Source of the DNA: a bacterium
GTDB taxonomy: Bacteria > Bacteroidota > Ignavibacteria > UBA10030
NCBI GenBank assembly: GCA_043803945.1
Contig: JAZDJN010000075.1
Location: forward strand, 1 to 20,432
Direction of reading: 5' to 3'
Length of the DNA stretch: 20,432 nucleotides
Both the position numbers and the translations under genes were made by a program. Shown here one piece after another: positions 1 through 9,061 of this stretch. How positions within the stretch are numbered: the first letter of the stretch is position 1; each line of letters opens with the position of its first letter. The notes under the pieces are model-generated. The model searched no databases and was not told the DNA's origin. It worked only from the letters and a program-made list of their open reading frames with translations.

Positions 1-210
1 CATTCTATTGCACAAACTAAATCTCAAACCCCCTTCCAGGCTTGAAATGAAACTCAAATTGTAGTGTAAACTTTTGACACCTTTTGCCTCTTATAGCTCA
101 GAATCATCGTTTTTTCTTCACAACTGTCGAACTTGGGTTAGGAGTTGGCGTAGCGTGATCGGGAATTGGTTATCGAGATGATTGGAGCAAATTTGTGATG
201 CAATAGCAGG

Positions 211-1047
211 TCAACCACAGCTCAAATCAGCAGTTAGAGCGAGATTGCGAATTCTCGTAATCGCCTGAGAAAACAACTCTGGACCTGTTTCACCGCTGAA
301 CTGACCCCCTGATTTTAAATGTGGTTCTATCGTCAAAAAGCCTTCATACTCCATTATGGCAAGGTCGGCTAAAAGCTCCGGAATCTGAGCATCGCCCTCA
401 CCCGGCATACTTCCAATATGATCGCTCCCAAGTTTCCAATCTTTGAGATGTACATGATCAACGTACGGTTTCATCTGAGGCCAACAATCCTCAATCGAGT
501 TTGTACGTTTCTGCCCCGACACGAAATTGGCTGGATCATATGCCAGTCTGAACTGTGGGGAGTTCACTGATCGCACGAGATCAACACAATTCTCGGGAGT
601 CGATCCATAGATATCTGTTTCATTCTCGTGCACTATTCTTATAGTTGAATCCTTAAGGAGTGTAACTTTTTTATTCATCCGCTCCAGGATTTCCGTACGA
701 TACGAACCGATATTTTTTCCCTCTGGCGGATAGTAGCTGAAGATTCTGATGAATGGTGCATGCAAAAAATGAGCTATCTCAACCGCATGTTTGAACTTGT
801 CAAGATGTGGTCCGAATGGTTCATCGATCCTTACTTTGCCTATCGGAGAAGCAATTGCACTGACTCGTACGTCATTTTCATTAAGGATCCTCTTCACTTC
901 AGACAATTCTTCACATGTCAATTCCACAACATTTTTCTTGTTGACAAATCTGATTTCGATGCAATTGATATTCTCCAATCTCAGAAAGTCTATTTGAGAT
1001 TTGAAATCATCCATCGCTTCATCTGCGAAAGCGCTTAACGTGGCCAT
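211..1047 (-). CDS. Sugar phosphate isomerase/epimerase family TIM-barrel protein (AP endonuclease 2 / xylose-isomerase-like), cytoplasmic
   Basis: 278-aa ORF starting LSAFADE; motifs IRIFSYY, VHENE, YDPAN, HVHLKD and TIEPH give the canonical E-D-H-E metal ligands; no signal peptide. Confidence 0.88.
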   Translation of the reverse strand: MATLSAFADEAMDDFKSQIDFLRLENINCIEIRFVNKKNVVELTCEELSEVKRILNENDVRVSAIASPIGKVRIDEPFGPHLDKFKHAVEIAHFLHAPFIRIFSYYPPEGKNIGSYRTEILERMNKKVTLLKDSTIRIVHENETDIYGSTPENCVDLVRSVNSPQFRLAYDPANFVSGQKRTNSIEDCWPQMKPYVDHVHLKDWKLGSDHIGSMPGEGDAQIPELLADLAIMEYEGFLTIEPHLKSGGQFSGETGPELFSQAITRIRNLALTADLSCG

Positions 1048-1095
1048 TCAAGTAGTCTGCAATGTTTATGAATTCCACATGGCATGAGCTTAATG

Positions 1096-2508
1096 TCAAT
1101 CCTCTGGAAGGGGTTTATCTTTGGTTTCAGGAGCCCAGAGAAGCGTGATCAGACCGAGGAGAAAAATGAACGAAAGCACCGTGGCTGATTTGCGGAATGG
1201 ATCAGCAACACCTTGTTGGATCAGTAGCTGGTTCATTCCCATAAGCAAGGGTGGAAAAGCGGCAGCAAGATATCGGACAGTGTTGTAGCAAAAACCAACG
1301 CCCGTTCCGCGAAGGCGCGTTGGGAAAAGTTCCGGGAAGTAGATGGAGTATCCGCCGAACACCGACTGTTGAGCAAAGCCCATCAGAGGGAGCATCCAGT
1401 ATGCATCACTGGCACTTCTAAGATTGTTGAAGACAAATATTGTGGTGATCAAACAAAGGATGAAAGAGCCGAAAAATGCACGTCGTCTGCCGACAAATGT
1501 GGCAACCAGCGTGAATGCCATCATGCCGAGAAATGATCCCACATCTTGTAACGCCATGCCGTAGCCGCGCACAGTGTCGATGATTGCCTGTGATTGTCCT
1601 TTCAGCGCGGTCGAGATTAATTCCGGTGAAAAGAATCCAATCCCCCATAATCCTGCCATGCCAGATAAGCCCAAACCCACACCGACAAACAAATTCTTGC
1701 GCCAACGAGGATGTCGGAAAAGATCTGTGATGGATCCGATTCGTTGCTGCATATCGGAAGAGCTCTTCGATCTCTCTTTCGCTTCTTTCCACGCCGTTGG
1801 TTCTCGAAGCAATACCACAATGGGAACAATCAGCAAGGCTGGAATAACACCGACAAAAAAGATGATTCGCCATCCAGACATGCCAAAGAGAAAGTCGGCT
1901 TGGCCAGGTTGAATCTGCGTGCTGATGAGCGATCCAAACAGATTTCCAACCGAGGACAATGCTTGGAGAGAGCCTAATGCAATGGAGCGGAAGTTCCCAG
2001 GGACACTTTCCGCAACAAGGGTGGTAGCAGATGAAAACATGCCGCCGATCCCCAGGCCCATGATGAAGCGGAAAATCATAAATTCCTCAGGCGATCGAGC
2101 CAAACCGGAGAGACCTGTAAAAATCGAATAGAGAAGCAATGTCACCACCATCGTTTTCACACGCCCAAGTTTGTCACTCATCGTACCAAAAATAATTCCT
2201 CCCGTCGCCCATCCAATCATCATGATCGCTGTAGCCCAACCAACCCAGGATTTAATGATTGCATCATCGACATTTCCTCCAAGAACTTCGGTGAGCGCCG
2301 GTTCGCGCGAAAGAGCGAAGATCCGCTGGTCCATACAATCGAACAACCAACCCAATGACGCAATAATAACCACGAGCCAATGATATGGCGTTACATCCTC
2401 GAATATACCTTTGGGCTTTGGAGTAACAGATTTTTCAATGGGCATACGATATTCTTTGTGTACGGATGAACCATCCTCACAGAGCGCACGGTCTTTCACT
2501 TTTTTCAT
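1096..2508 (-). CDS. MFS transporter (sugar/organic-acid:H+ symporter type)
   Basis: About 12 hydrophobic segments; MFS motif A GTMSDKLGRVK, FRFIMGLGIGG, YFPELFPTRLRGTG and C-terminal APETKDKPL. The ATG at 2508 overlaps the upstream stop (ATGA 2505-2508); an alternative start is ATG 2445 (MPIEKS). Confidence 0.93.
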   Translation of the reverse strand: MKKVKDRALCEDGSSVHKEYRMPIEKSVTPKPKGIFEDVTPYHWLVVIIASLGWLFDCMDQRIFALSREPALTEVLGGNVDDAIIKSWVGWATAIMMIGWATGGIIFGTMSDKLGRVKTMVVTLLLYSIFTGLSGLARSPEEFMIFRFIMGLGIGGMFSSATTLVAESVPGNFRSIALGSLQALSSVGNLFGSLISTQIQPGQADFLFGMSGWRIIFFVGVIPALLIVPIVVLLREPTAWKEAKERSKSSSDMQQRIGSITDLFRHPRWRKNLFVGVGLGLSGMAGLWGIGFFSPELISTALKGQSQAIIDTVRGYGMALQDVGSFLGMMAFTLVATFVGRRRAFFGSFILCLITTIFVFNNLRSASDAYWMLPLMGFAQQSVFGGYSIYFPELFPTRLRGTGVGFCYNTVRYLAAAFPPLLMGMNQLLIQQGVADPFRKSATVLSFIFLLGLITLLWAPETKDKPLPED

Positions 2509-3563
2509 TCGACGGAAACAACCCGATGCTCTTGAGCAGAGCGATAGATGGCAGTGATAATGGCGACGGCAGCGCGTGCCTCAGCTCCATCGATTTTTGG
2601 GAGACGATTTTCTCGAATCGCTGATACGAAATCTTCAAATTGACGTCGATGCCCTTCACTATTGATCGCGCGAGGGTCTGTTGCACCCCCGGATAATTGG
2701 ACACCAGCACCTCCAAACTGCCTGCGGATGTTTTCATCTTCTGGTGTTTCATTTCGGAATTGCCATGTCGGGAAGGATTCATCCTCCATGACGACACTAC
2801 CTTCGCTGCCAGAAACTTCTATTCGAATTTTTGCTCCAGGCCATGCTCCGGTTGTACCTTCAATCACTCCAAGCGCACCCGATCGAAACCGTAATGACGC
2901 AACGGCAACATCTTCTACTTCAATCCCCGTGTGAGCCCGAGTTGCCGTAAAGGCCGATACTTCTTCTACTCCTCCAAGAAGCCATTGAAGAAGATCGATC
3001 CCGTGAATACCCTGGTTCATGAGGGCACCGCCGCCATCAAACTGAAACGTGCCACGCCAGCCACCATGAGTGTAATACTCTTGAGTGCGGTACCACTTAA
3101 TATAGACATCTGCCAGTACGATGGTGCCAAATCGACCAGCATCAATGGCCTTTTTCAGCATCTGACTCGAGTCCATAAACCTTCGTGGGAAGATAGCTCC
3201 AAGCTTGACATTGTTTATCCGACAAGTATTGATGATCCGATCGATTCGCTCGAGTGTAATTTCGATAGGCTTTTCCACCATAACGTGCTTCTTTGCATTG
3301 GCAGCAGCAATTGCGGCTTCCATATGCAACCCGGAAGGTGTACATATCGAAACGGCATCGATCTCAGGGATGGAAAGAAGTTCTTCCAGGTGTGTGCAGG
3401 CCTTCCCGCCGAACTGTGCAGCCCGTTTCTCAGCGGCTGCTTTGAAAGTATCGTAAAAGGCTATTACTTTAGCTCCAGGTATTTTTGCTATCGCCTCGGC
3501 CTGAAATTCACTGATCATCCCGCATCCAATGATGCCAACGCAGATCATTCCATCTTGTGCCAT
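2505..3563 (-). CDS. Gfo/Idh/MocA family NAD(P)-dependent oxidoreductase
   Basis: Rossmann motif VGIIGCGMI, ICTPSGLH, HVMVEKP, WRGT..DGGGALMNQGIHGID and VEDVA; no signal peptide; AGAGGAAG SD upstream. Confidence 0.95.
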   Translation of the reverse strand: MAQDGMICVGIIGCGMISEFQAEAIAKIPGAKVIAFYDTFKAAAEKRAAQFGGKACTHLEELLSIPEIDAVSICTPSGLHMEAAIAAANAKKHVMVEKPIEITLERIDRIINTCRINNVKLGAIFPRRFMDSSQMLKKAIDAGRFGTIVLADVYIKWYRTQEYYTHGGWRGTFQFDGGGALMNQGIHGIDLLQWLLGGVEEVSAFTATRAHTGIEVEDVAVASLRFRSGALGVIEGTTGAWPGAKIRIEVSGSEGSVVMEDESFPTWQFRNETPEDENIRRQFGGAGVQLSGGATDPRAINSEGHRRQFEDFVSAIRENRLPKIDGAEARAAVAIITAIYRSAQEHRVVSVE

Positions 3564-3640
3564 TGAACTTCCTCTTTATGTACGTTTATCGACAAGCAAC
3601 TCGTTTTACCTGCTTCGCTGCTTTCAATGCTTTCACCATT

Positions 3641-4603
3641 TCAAGACATCTCGTTAATCGCTTTCCGAACTTCTTGTTGAAATCTCATGACTTTTTCATA
3701 CGGATTATAAGATTGTTCCTGTCCCTTGACAGAGAGTGTCTCGATAGGACAATAGCCGCGATACCCTGAATCACAGATAATTTTTATCAATCTTTTAACA
3801 TCCGTACGAATCGGACTTGCCGCTCCCGACGGGCTTTCTTTAATCTGTAAATTCACTGCATAGGGCATCGCTTTTGCAATATCGAGATACGGATCAGGTG
3901 TTAGGAAATATCCAGTGTCAACGATAATTCCAAACCAATCCGAATTGACCATGGTCACAATCTTGATGGCTTCATCGGCAGTTTTAAGAAAGTCTCCATG
4001 GTTTTGAACGCCTACCAGCACGCCGAATTTTTTACCATAGTCTGCACATTCTTTTAAATCTGCAACCATCCACTCTGCAATCTCGTCCCATTTCTTTTCA
4101 TATCCGCTTGGAATAGCACCCGCGAATACGCGAATGACAGGGGCACCCAGCTTCGCTGCCGCTTCGATCCAATTTTTCACAAGCCTGACATCGGCAGTCC
4201 TCTTCTCTTTATCAGGCTCTGCAAAATTATTTTTCACACCTGTCCCACTAATATCCAGTCCAAGGTGAAAAGCCCTGCGCTTAAAATCGTTGATGTACAC
4301 ATCGGTCGGCACAGATGGATATCCCGGGAAAAAATATCCTGTTGGATCGATGGCATCAAAATCGTTCTTTGCACAATACTCGAGGAGATCAAAAAGCGAG
4401 ATACCTGACCCAGGATTTTTTATATTATCGCCAAGAAGTTTGCTGAAGGAATAAGCATTGAGACTGGTTTTTAGCTTTGGTCCACCAACTCTCTTGGTCT
4501 GCGGTTGTGCCGATATATTGCTAGATCCCACACCGACCACGGAACAGAGCGAAAGCCCGGAGACGCTCCGAAAAAAATCTCTTCGATTCAAACGAATATT
4601 CAT
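3641..4603 (-). CDS. Tat-exported sugar phosphate isomerase/epimerase family TIM-barrel protein (paralog A)
   Basis: Twin-arginine signal LNRRDFFR followed by an h-region and ISA/Q; motifs SLNAYSF, LGAPVIRVFAG, QNHGDF, DTGYF and GYRGYCPIE; SD AGGAGAAGAGGTG upstream. Confidence 0.88.
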   Translation of the reverse strand: MNIRLNRRDFFRSVSGLSLCSVVGVGSSNISAQPQTKRVGGPKLKTSLNAYSFSKLLGDNIKNPGSGISLFDLLEYCAKNDFDAIDPTGYFFPGYPSVPTDVYINDFKRRAFHLGLDISGTGVKNNFAEPDKEKRTADVRLVKNWIEAAAKLGAPVIRVFAGAIPSGYEKKWDEIAEWMVADLKECADYGKKFGVLVGVQNHGDFLKTADEAIKIVTMVNSDWFGIIVDTGYFLTPDPYLDIAKAMPYAVNLQIKESPSGAASPIRTDVKRLIKIICDSGYRGYCPIETLSVKGQEQSYNPYEKVMRFQQEVRKAINEMS

Positions 4604-4739
4604 GCTTCACCTCTTCTCCTAAAAAACTGAATTAGTCATGTACCGCACTGATATGATTCAAAACCTTATGGAGAAAGAAAAGCCGCCAAGGAACCAAAAC
4701 TCCGGGAATTAATTACGACGTGAGAGAATAAATTCCGCT

Positions 4740-5726
4740 CTATGGCTTTTCTTCAAGTACTGCACGCAACTCCGCGAGAAATTTCGGCACAGCATCAAAT
4801 GGGTCATATGGCTGACCTTTCACCGACAAGGTTTCGATCGGGATATACCCCCGATATCCCGACGCACGGATGATACTGACGAGTCTTTTAAGATCCGTTC
4901 TGATTCCGCTTTCTGCACCAAAGGGGCTTGTTTTGATCTGCCAGTTCACAGCATAGGGTGCCACCTTTGCCATATCTTCATAAGGGTCCTTCGTCGTAAA
5001 GTAACCTGTATCGACGATTGGACCGCACCAAACAGAATCAACGCGTTTGATAAGGTGAAGAAGATTCTCTGCGGTTTGAAGAAAATCGCCGTGGTTCTGT
5101 ACTCCGATAATCACGCCATAGTTTTTTCCATGCTCGGCACATACTTTCAGGTTTTCTACTATCCAGTCTTCAACCTGTTCCCGAGTACAGCCCGGAGCAA
5201 CGGTGTGCCAGCTTTGGCCTTTCATCTGAGTATCGGCAAAGACTCTGAGTACCGGTGCTCCCATTTTTGCCGCGACTTCCACCCATTGTTTAATATGCTT
5301 CACGTCGGCTGCTCGCTTTTCCTTGTCCGGCAAGGTGAAGTTATTACGGACTCCCGTGCCGCTGATGTCGAGCCCCAGCTCAAAGGCTCTGCGTTTAAAA
5401 TCATTGATGAACGAGTCGGGCGGCAGCTCCGAAGGGTATCCCGGAAAGAAATAACCGGTGGGATCAACCGCATCGAAATTATTCTTTGCACAAAAGTCGA
5501 GGAGATCGAACAATGAGATTCCTCCCCCTCTTCCTTTGTTATAATCATTCAGCAGCTTTGAGAAAGAATAGGCATTCAGGCTGAGCTTCAACTTTGAACC
5601 ACCCACACGTTGTATCTGCTGTTCAGCATGGGCCAGCGTCATACCAGCGCCAATCCCGGTTGCTGCATACAGTGACATCATCGACGTGCTTTTGATAAAA
5701 TTTCGCCTGTTGATTTTCGAATTCAT
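4740..5726 (-). CDS. Tat-exported sugar phosphate isomerase/epimerase family TIM-barrel protein (paralog B)
   Basis: Start moved from the ORF-track 5780 to ATG 5726 (MNSKINRRNFIK), which has an AGGAG SD and a twin-arginine motif; same family motifs as 3641..4603. Confidence 0.88.
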   Translation of the reverse strand: MNSKINRRNFIKSTSMMSLYAATGIGAGMTLAHAEQQIQRVGGSKLKLSLNAYSFSKLLNDYNKGRGGGISLFDLLDFCAKNNFDAVDPTGYFFPGYPSELPPDSFINDFKRRAFELGLDISGTGVRNNFTLPDKEKRAADVKHIKQWVEVAAKMGAPVLRVFADTQMKGQSWHTVAPGCTREQVEDWIVENLKVCAEHGKNYGVIIGVQNHGDFLQTAENLLHLIKRVDSVWCGPIVDTGYFTTKDPYEDMAKVAPYAVNWQIKTSPFGAESGIRTDLKRLVSIIRASGYRGYIPIETLSVKGQPYDPFDAVPKFLAELRAVLEEKP

Positions 5727-5760
5727 ACTACTTCTCCTCTCGTGTGTGGGAATTCCTAAG

Positions 5761-5782
5761 GAGTGTGCTCGTTTGCACACTC
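5761..5782. other. Intergenic stem-loop
   Basis: Perfect 8-bp inverted repeat GAGTGTGC-TCGTTT-GCACACTC; no U-tract on the coding (minus) strand. Confidence 0.5.
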
Positions 5783-5821
5783 GTCGCTTTCGATATCAAC
5801 TTCAATACCGGCCGAAATACT

Positions 5822-6544
5822 TTACTGCTTCTTTGTCGTGTCTGCCTTTTCTTTACTACTATTTTTTACGTTGGTGGCAGTCTTATCCTTGCCGCTGGTA
5901 GAAGCGGTTGCTTCTTTCCAGGCTGCAAGTTGTTCCGCGGTAAGAAGTCCTGATAAATCTGTATCGAGCTTTTCTTTGAATGGTCTTGAATTTGGTCGCC
6001 GATTAAAAGACTTGATCGATTCCTTACTCGCGGTCTCGTACTCGGTAACATACTTGATCAAGAATTGCATCGCAGATGTCATTTTTGCCTTTTCCAGTTT
6101 GAGGTCAAGCAGTGTGGCAGCATACCCATCCCAACGTGTGTTGAAGCTCCCCAGCGTTTGAGTGAGCTTTGCAATCAATTCGTCGCTGAAGTTCCCTTTC
6201 AACGCTGAAACGAATTTTTCACAATCTTTCTCAATGGCAAGCTGGGTTGCGATACGCGACTTGTCCTTGTCCTTCTCCTCTGGTAACTCCTTCAGTGATT
6301 GTTTGTGGCCTGTTCGTGCTGCGAGGTACGCTTTGGTCAGTTTTGTGGTTTGGTCTTCGGAGAGCCCCAAGAGATTTGACACACTCTGCGCCTGGAGTTT
6401 CCAAACCGTTTCAGAATTTTCTTTTACTTCTTTCTTCTTTGTTACAGTCTCGGTTTGGGCTGTACAAATAACACTCAATAGAGTGCAACAACTCATGAGG
6501 ATTATCAGACGTGTGAGCTTTTTGATGTTCATCAGTTTATTCAT
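5822..6544 (-). CDS. Secreted alpha-helical hypothetical protein with LTxxQ-like motifs (Spy/CpxP-like)
   Basis: AGGAG SD; Sec signal peptide ending CTA/Q; K/E-rich helical composition; motifs LGLSEDQ and LLTAEQLAAW; low-complexity K/T tail. Confidence 0.65.
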   Translation of the reverse strand: MNKLMNIKKLTRLIILMSCCTLLSVICTAQTETVTKKKEVKENSETVWKLQAQSVSNLLGLSEDQTTKLTKAYLAARTGHKQSLKELPEEKDKDKSRIATQLAIEKDCEKFVSALKGNFSDELIAKLTQTLGSFNTRWDGYAATLLDLKLEKAKMTSAMQFLIKYVTEYETASKESIKSFNRRPNSRPFKEKLDTDLSGLLTAEQLAAWKEATASTSGKDKTATNVKNSSKEKADTTKKQ

Positions 6545-6582
6545 TTGTGTAAACTCCTATGTAAGAGATTCGAAATAACTTG

Positions 6583-9051
6583 TTATTGGCGAGGAATCGA
6601 CAAAAGATCAATTTTTCCTTTTTGAGGAGTGTACCGTACTTCTATAAATGGCTCTTTCCCTTTCTTTGTTTTTTCGTTACTGGATAAATCAACCATTATC
6701 TTGGTCTGACCGATATCCTTGAAACGTGCATTGATTTCAATCTTGTTCGCAGCACCATGCTTGATATCGATTTCTGGTTGCTCACTTCCTTCTCCAATCG
6801 ACATTATGGCAGCGATCTTTATGCTCTGACTCTTCTCCCTGACTTTGGCACTGAAATGCCACTGCTTTGCCGGAGGCTCCTCCGTTACCATGGGGTAGCC
6901 TTCCTTCGGATCAACGGGCCAGAGATCGTCCTGATGAAAATCCATTCCTGCAGGAGTGAGCAGATTTACTTTCATGAATGCACCGTTTCGGCTGGAGATG
7001 AATGCTTGATTCTTTTGATTCAATTCGAATTGCTCCTTCCCGTGCATCAGCCAATCGACTTGCACCGACTCTGAGGCGGCAAGATCATCCACGATTAAGA
7101 CTACCGATGGACGGATCAGTACGATGTGGCGAGTGTATCGGGTAACCGGCGGTCCATAGCATTTTTGTGCCTCTCCGGCAGCATAGGCGATGTGGGGCAG
7201 CGACTTGAAAGCAGTCAATTGTCCCGTCGCGCTTTCATCTTTTTCGATTTGTCCATTTCCATTAACAAGAAGTGCATTGTGGGCGATTGTCTGAATTGTG
7301 TATTTTGTATGAAAAGGGGATCCTTGTTGTGGAAATCGTGCTCCGCTTGGCAGAGCCAAAGCTCTCCCTCCCTTCATAATTGCAAAACTGTTCTGATCTG
7401 CATGGCTGTGGCTATCCTGTCCAAATGGTGAGCACTTGAAAAGTACGAGGATATCATCGGATGGATCACTGATGTTTGTGTGCATTGCCGACCATCCAAT
7501 TCCGGAGAAAGATTTATCGAGAGCAATATTTTTCGGTATTATGGATGATATTGCATCAGCAAGGATGAGTCGATGCACAACTGCCTGACCATCGTCTGAT
7601 TTGAGTTGCTCTTTTCCAAAGAGATCTACCCACCATTGGATCACAGGATCCTTGTATCGTTGGGCATAGAAATAGAGGATGGAACAAAGTTTATCCGCGC
7701 GGTTTCCGATACCGATATGCTCCATATCTCCAAAGGGAGATATCTCTCCCCTTGGTGAGAGGCAATAAATCAGGAAGTACGGGAATTTTCTAAAGAAGGA
7801 TTTCTGCCAGAGGTCGTAGCCCGTACCAAGATAGAGGGATTGCAGCGGTGAAAGGAAACGGTCGTTATATGAGAGTGCATAATCGACGCCCTCTGCCCAG
7901 CCTCCATCGCTATCTGCCCAGTGCGGAAAAACGGTAAGCATCGCTTTCAAACCGTATTCCAACCAAGCTGCTGCCTCAGGTCGATGGGAGAGAGCAAGAG
8001 AGAATTCGAGAAGGTAGCCCGGTACACGGCCATCATGACTTTCGCCGGATGTGTTGAGAAAATCACGGCGCTGCATGCGGGCCAGCAAGAGATTTCCTCG
8101 GGCAACTAGCATTTCTTCGATTGCGTTGCGTTCTTCTTCCGAAAGAAGATCGTAGCACCAATCATACGTCTGTGGAGCTGTATGGGCGATGTTCAAACCG
8201 AGTTCATCGAACCGGGGATCTTGAACTGATGTAACACCCTCAAGCGGCCAGTCGAGTAGGTTCAATAAGTGCGCTTTGGCAGCTTCACCATATTTTTTTT
8301 CACCAGTGAGTGTATAGAGCAGCGCCATCTGCACGACATACCCGTTATAGATCCGCTGAAATTCGCGGTAGGAATCTCTGTATGCTGTGCGTAGTGTGGC
8401 GAATTGACTCCTTCCATATTTATCAAAATCTGGTTTCTTCATCAAATCGAGTTTCAATCCTTCGTCTGCAATCTTGCGCAAATCGTCGAACGCTCTCTTT
8501 CGCGTAGTGGTTAATGTTGCGCGCATCCCAGAAAGTTGAGAATTGAGGAAGAGTAATCTGGGATGTTCATTGGGAACCCTACTCAAGAGCACCTTCGGAG
8601 TTACCCAGGGCAACTCCCTTGCATGTTCAACTATTGAAAATGTTGAGGCGGGTCTCACATCTCGAACAACATTATCAGACGATAGCGCCTCTACCGTCCA
8701 TGAATATGTTCCTGCCCGCAGCGTTACTTCCGGAATGTAGACAGGATCTTCGAGGTTTCCGGAAGCATGGATCTCCTTGCCTTTGCTGTCTCTTATGCGG
8801 ACGCGGTAGACAACTTTTCCACGATCGGCCGCTCGCCACCAGCAGAAACCAGGAGGAGAGACATCAAGAATTTCACCCGGCGCCGGGCGATTAAAGTTGC
8901 CATTTTGCGGGCGGGAGTTCGGAAACTTCACCCTGATGTCATTCTGCGCCCAGACATAACTGACCATGAGAACGAGAAGAATCAAAAGAGAAGACTGCGT
9001 TTTGGGACTTGAGAGAATAGTCGGAATGATCATTCGATTTTCTAGTTTCAT
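6583..9051 (-). CDS. Secreted DUF4962 / heparinase II-III domain polysaccharide lyase (PL15-like oligo-uronate lyase)
   Basis: N-terminal beta domain, EHPRLLF, GESHDGR, GGWAEGVDY, SHSHADQNSF, AHNALLVNGNGQ and VDWLMH; signal peptide ending VWA/Q. Start placed at ATG 9051 (or 9033) rather than 9120, which would overlap the upstream gene. Confidence 0.82.
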   Translation of the reverse strand: MKLENRMIIPTILSSPKTQSSLLILLVLMVSYVWAQNDIRVKFPNSRPQNGNFNRPAPGEILDVSPPGFCWWRAADRGKVVYRVRIRDSKGKEIHASGNLEDPVYIPEVTLRAGTYSWTVEALSSDNVVRDVRPASTFSIVEHARELPWVTPKVLLSRVPNEHPRLLFLNSQLSGMRATLTTTRKRAFDDLRKIADEGLKLDLMKKPDFDKYGRSQFATLRTAYRDSYREFQRIYNGYVVQMALLYTLTGEKKYGEAAKAHLLNLLDWPLEGVTSVQDPRFDELGLNIAHTAPQTYDWCYDLLSEEERNAIEEMLVARGNLLLARMQRRDFLNTSGESHDGRVPGYLLEFSLALSHRPEAAAWLEYGLKAMLTVFPHWADSDGGWAEGVDYALSYNDRFLSPLQSLYLGTGYDLWQKSFFRKFPYFLIYCLSPRGEISPFGDMEHIGIGNRADKLCSILYFYAQRYKDPVIQWWVDLFGKEQLKSDDGQAVVHRLILADAISSIIPKNIALDKSFSGIGWSAMHTNISDPSDDILVLFKCSPFGQDSHSHADQNSFAIMKGGRALALPSGARFPQQGSPFHTKYTIQTIAHNALLVNGNGQIEKDESATGQLTAFKSLPHIAYAAGEAQKCYGPPVTRYTRHIVLIRPSVVLIVDDLAASESVQVDWLMHGKEQFELNQKNQAFISSRNGAFMKVNLLTPAGMDFHQDDLWPVDPKEGYPMVTEEPPAKQWHFSAKVREKSQSIKIAAIMSIGEGSEQPEIDIKHGAANKIEINARFKDIGQTKIMVDLSSNEKTKKGKEPFIEVRYTPQKGKIDLLSIPRQ

Positions 9052-9061
9052 TTGCTGTTCG

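Noticed and set aside
1-210. Non-coding stretch with a TTGACA (74-79), an imperfect GTGTAAA/TTGACAC palindrome and a short inverted pair CTATTGCA (5-12) / TGCAATAG (199-206)
   Set aside because: No correctly spaced -10 box, no transposase, and the repeats are short enough to be chance. The CAT at 1-3 could start a downstream minus-strand gene but cannot be evaluated here.
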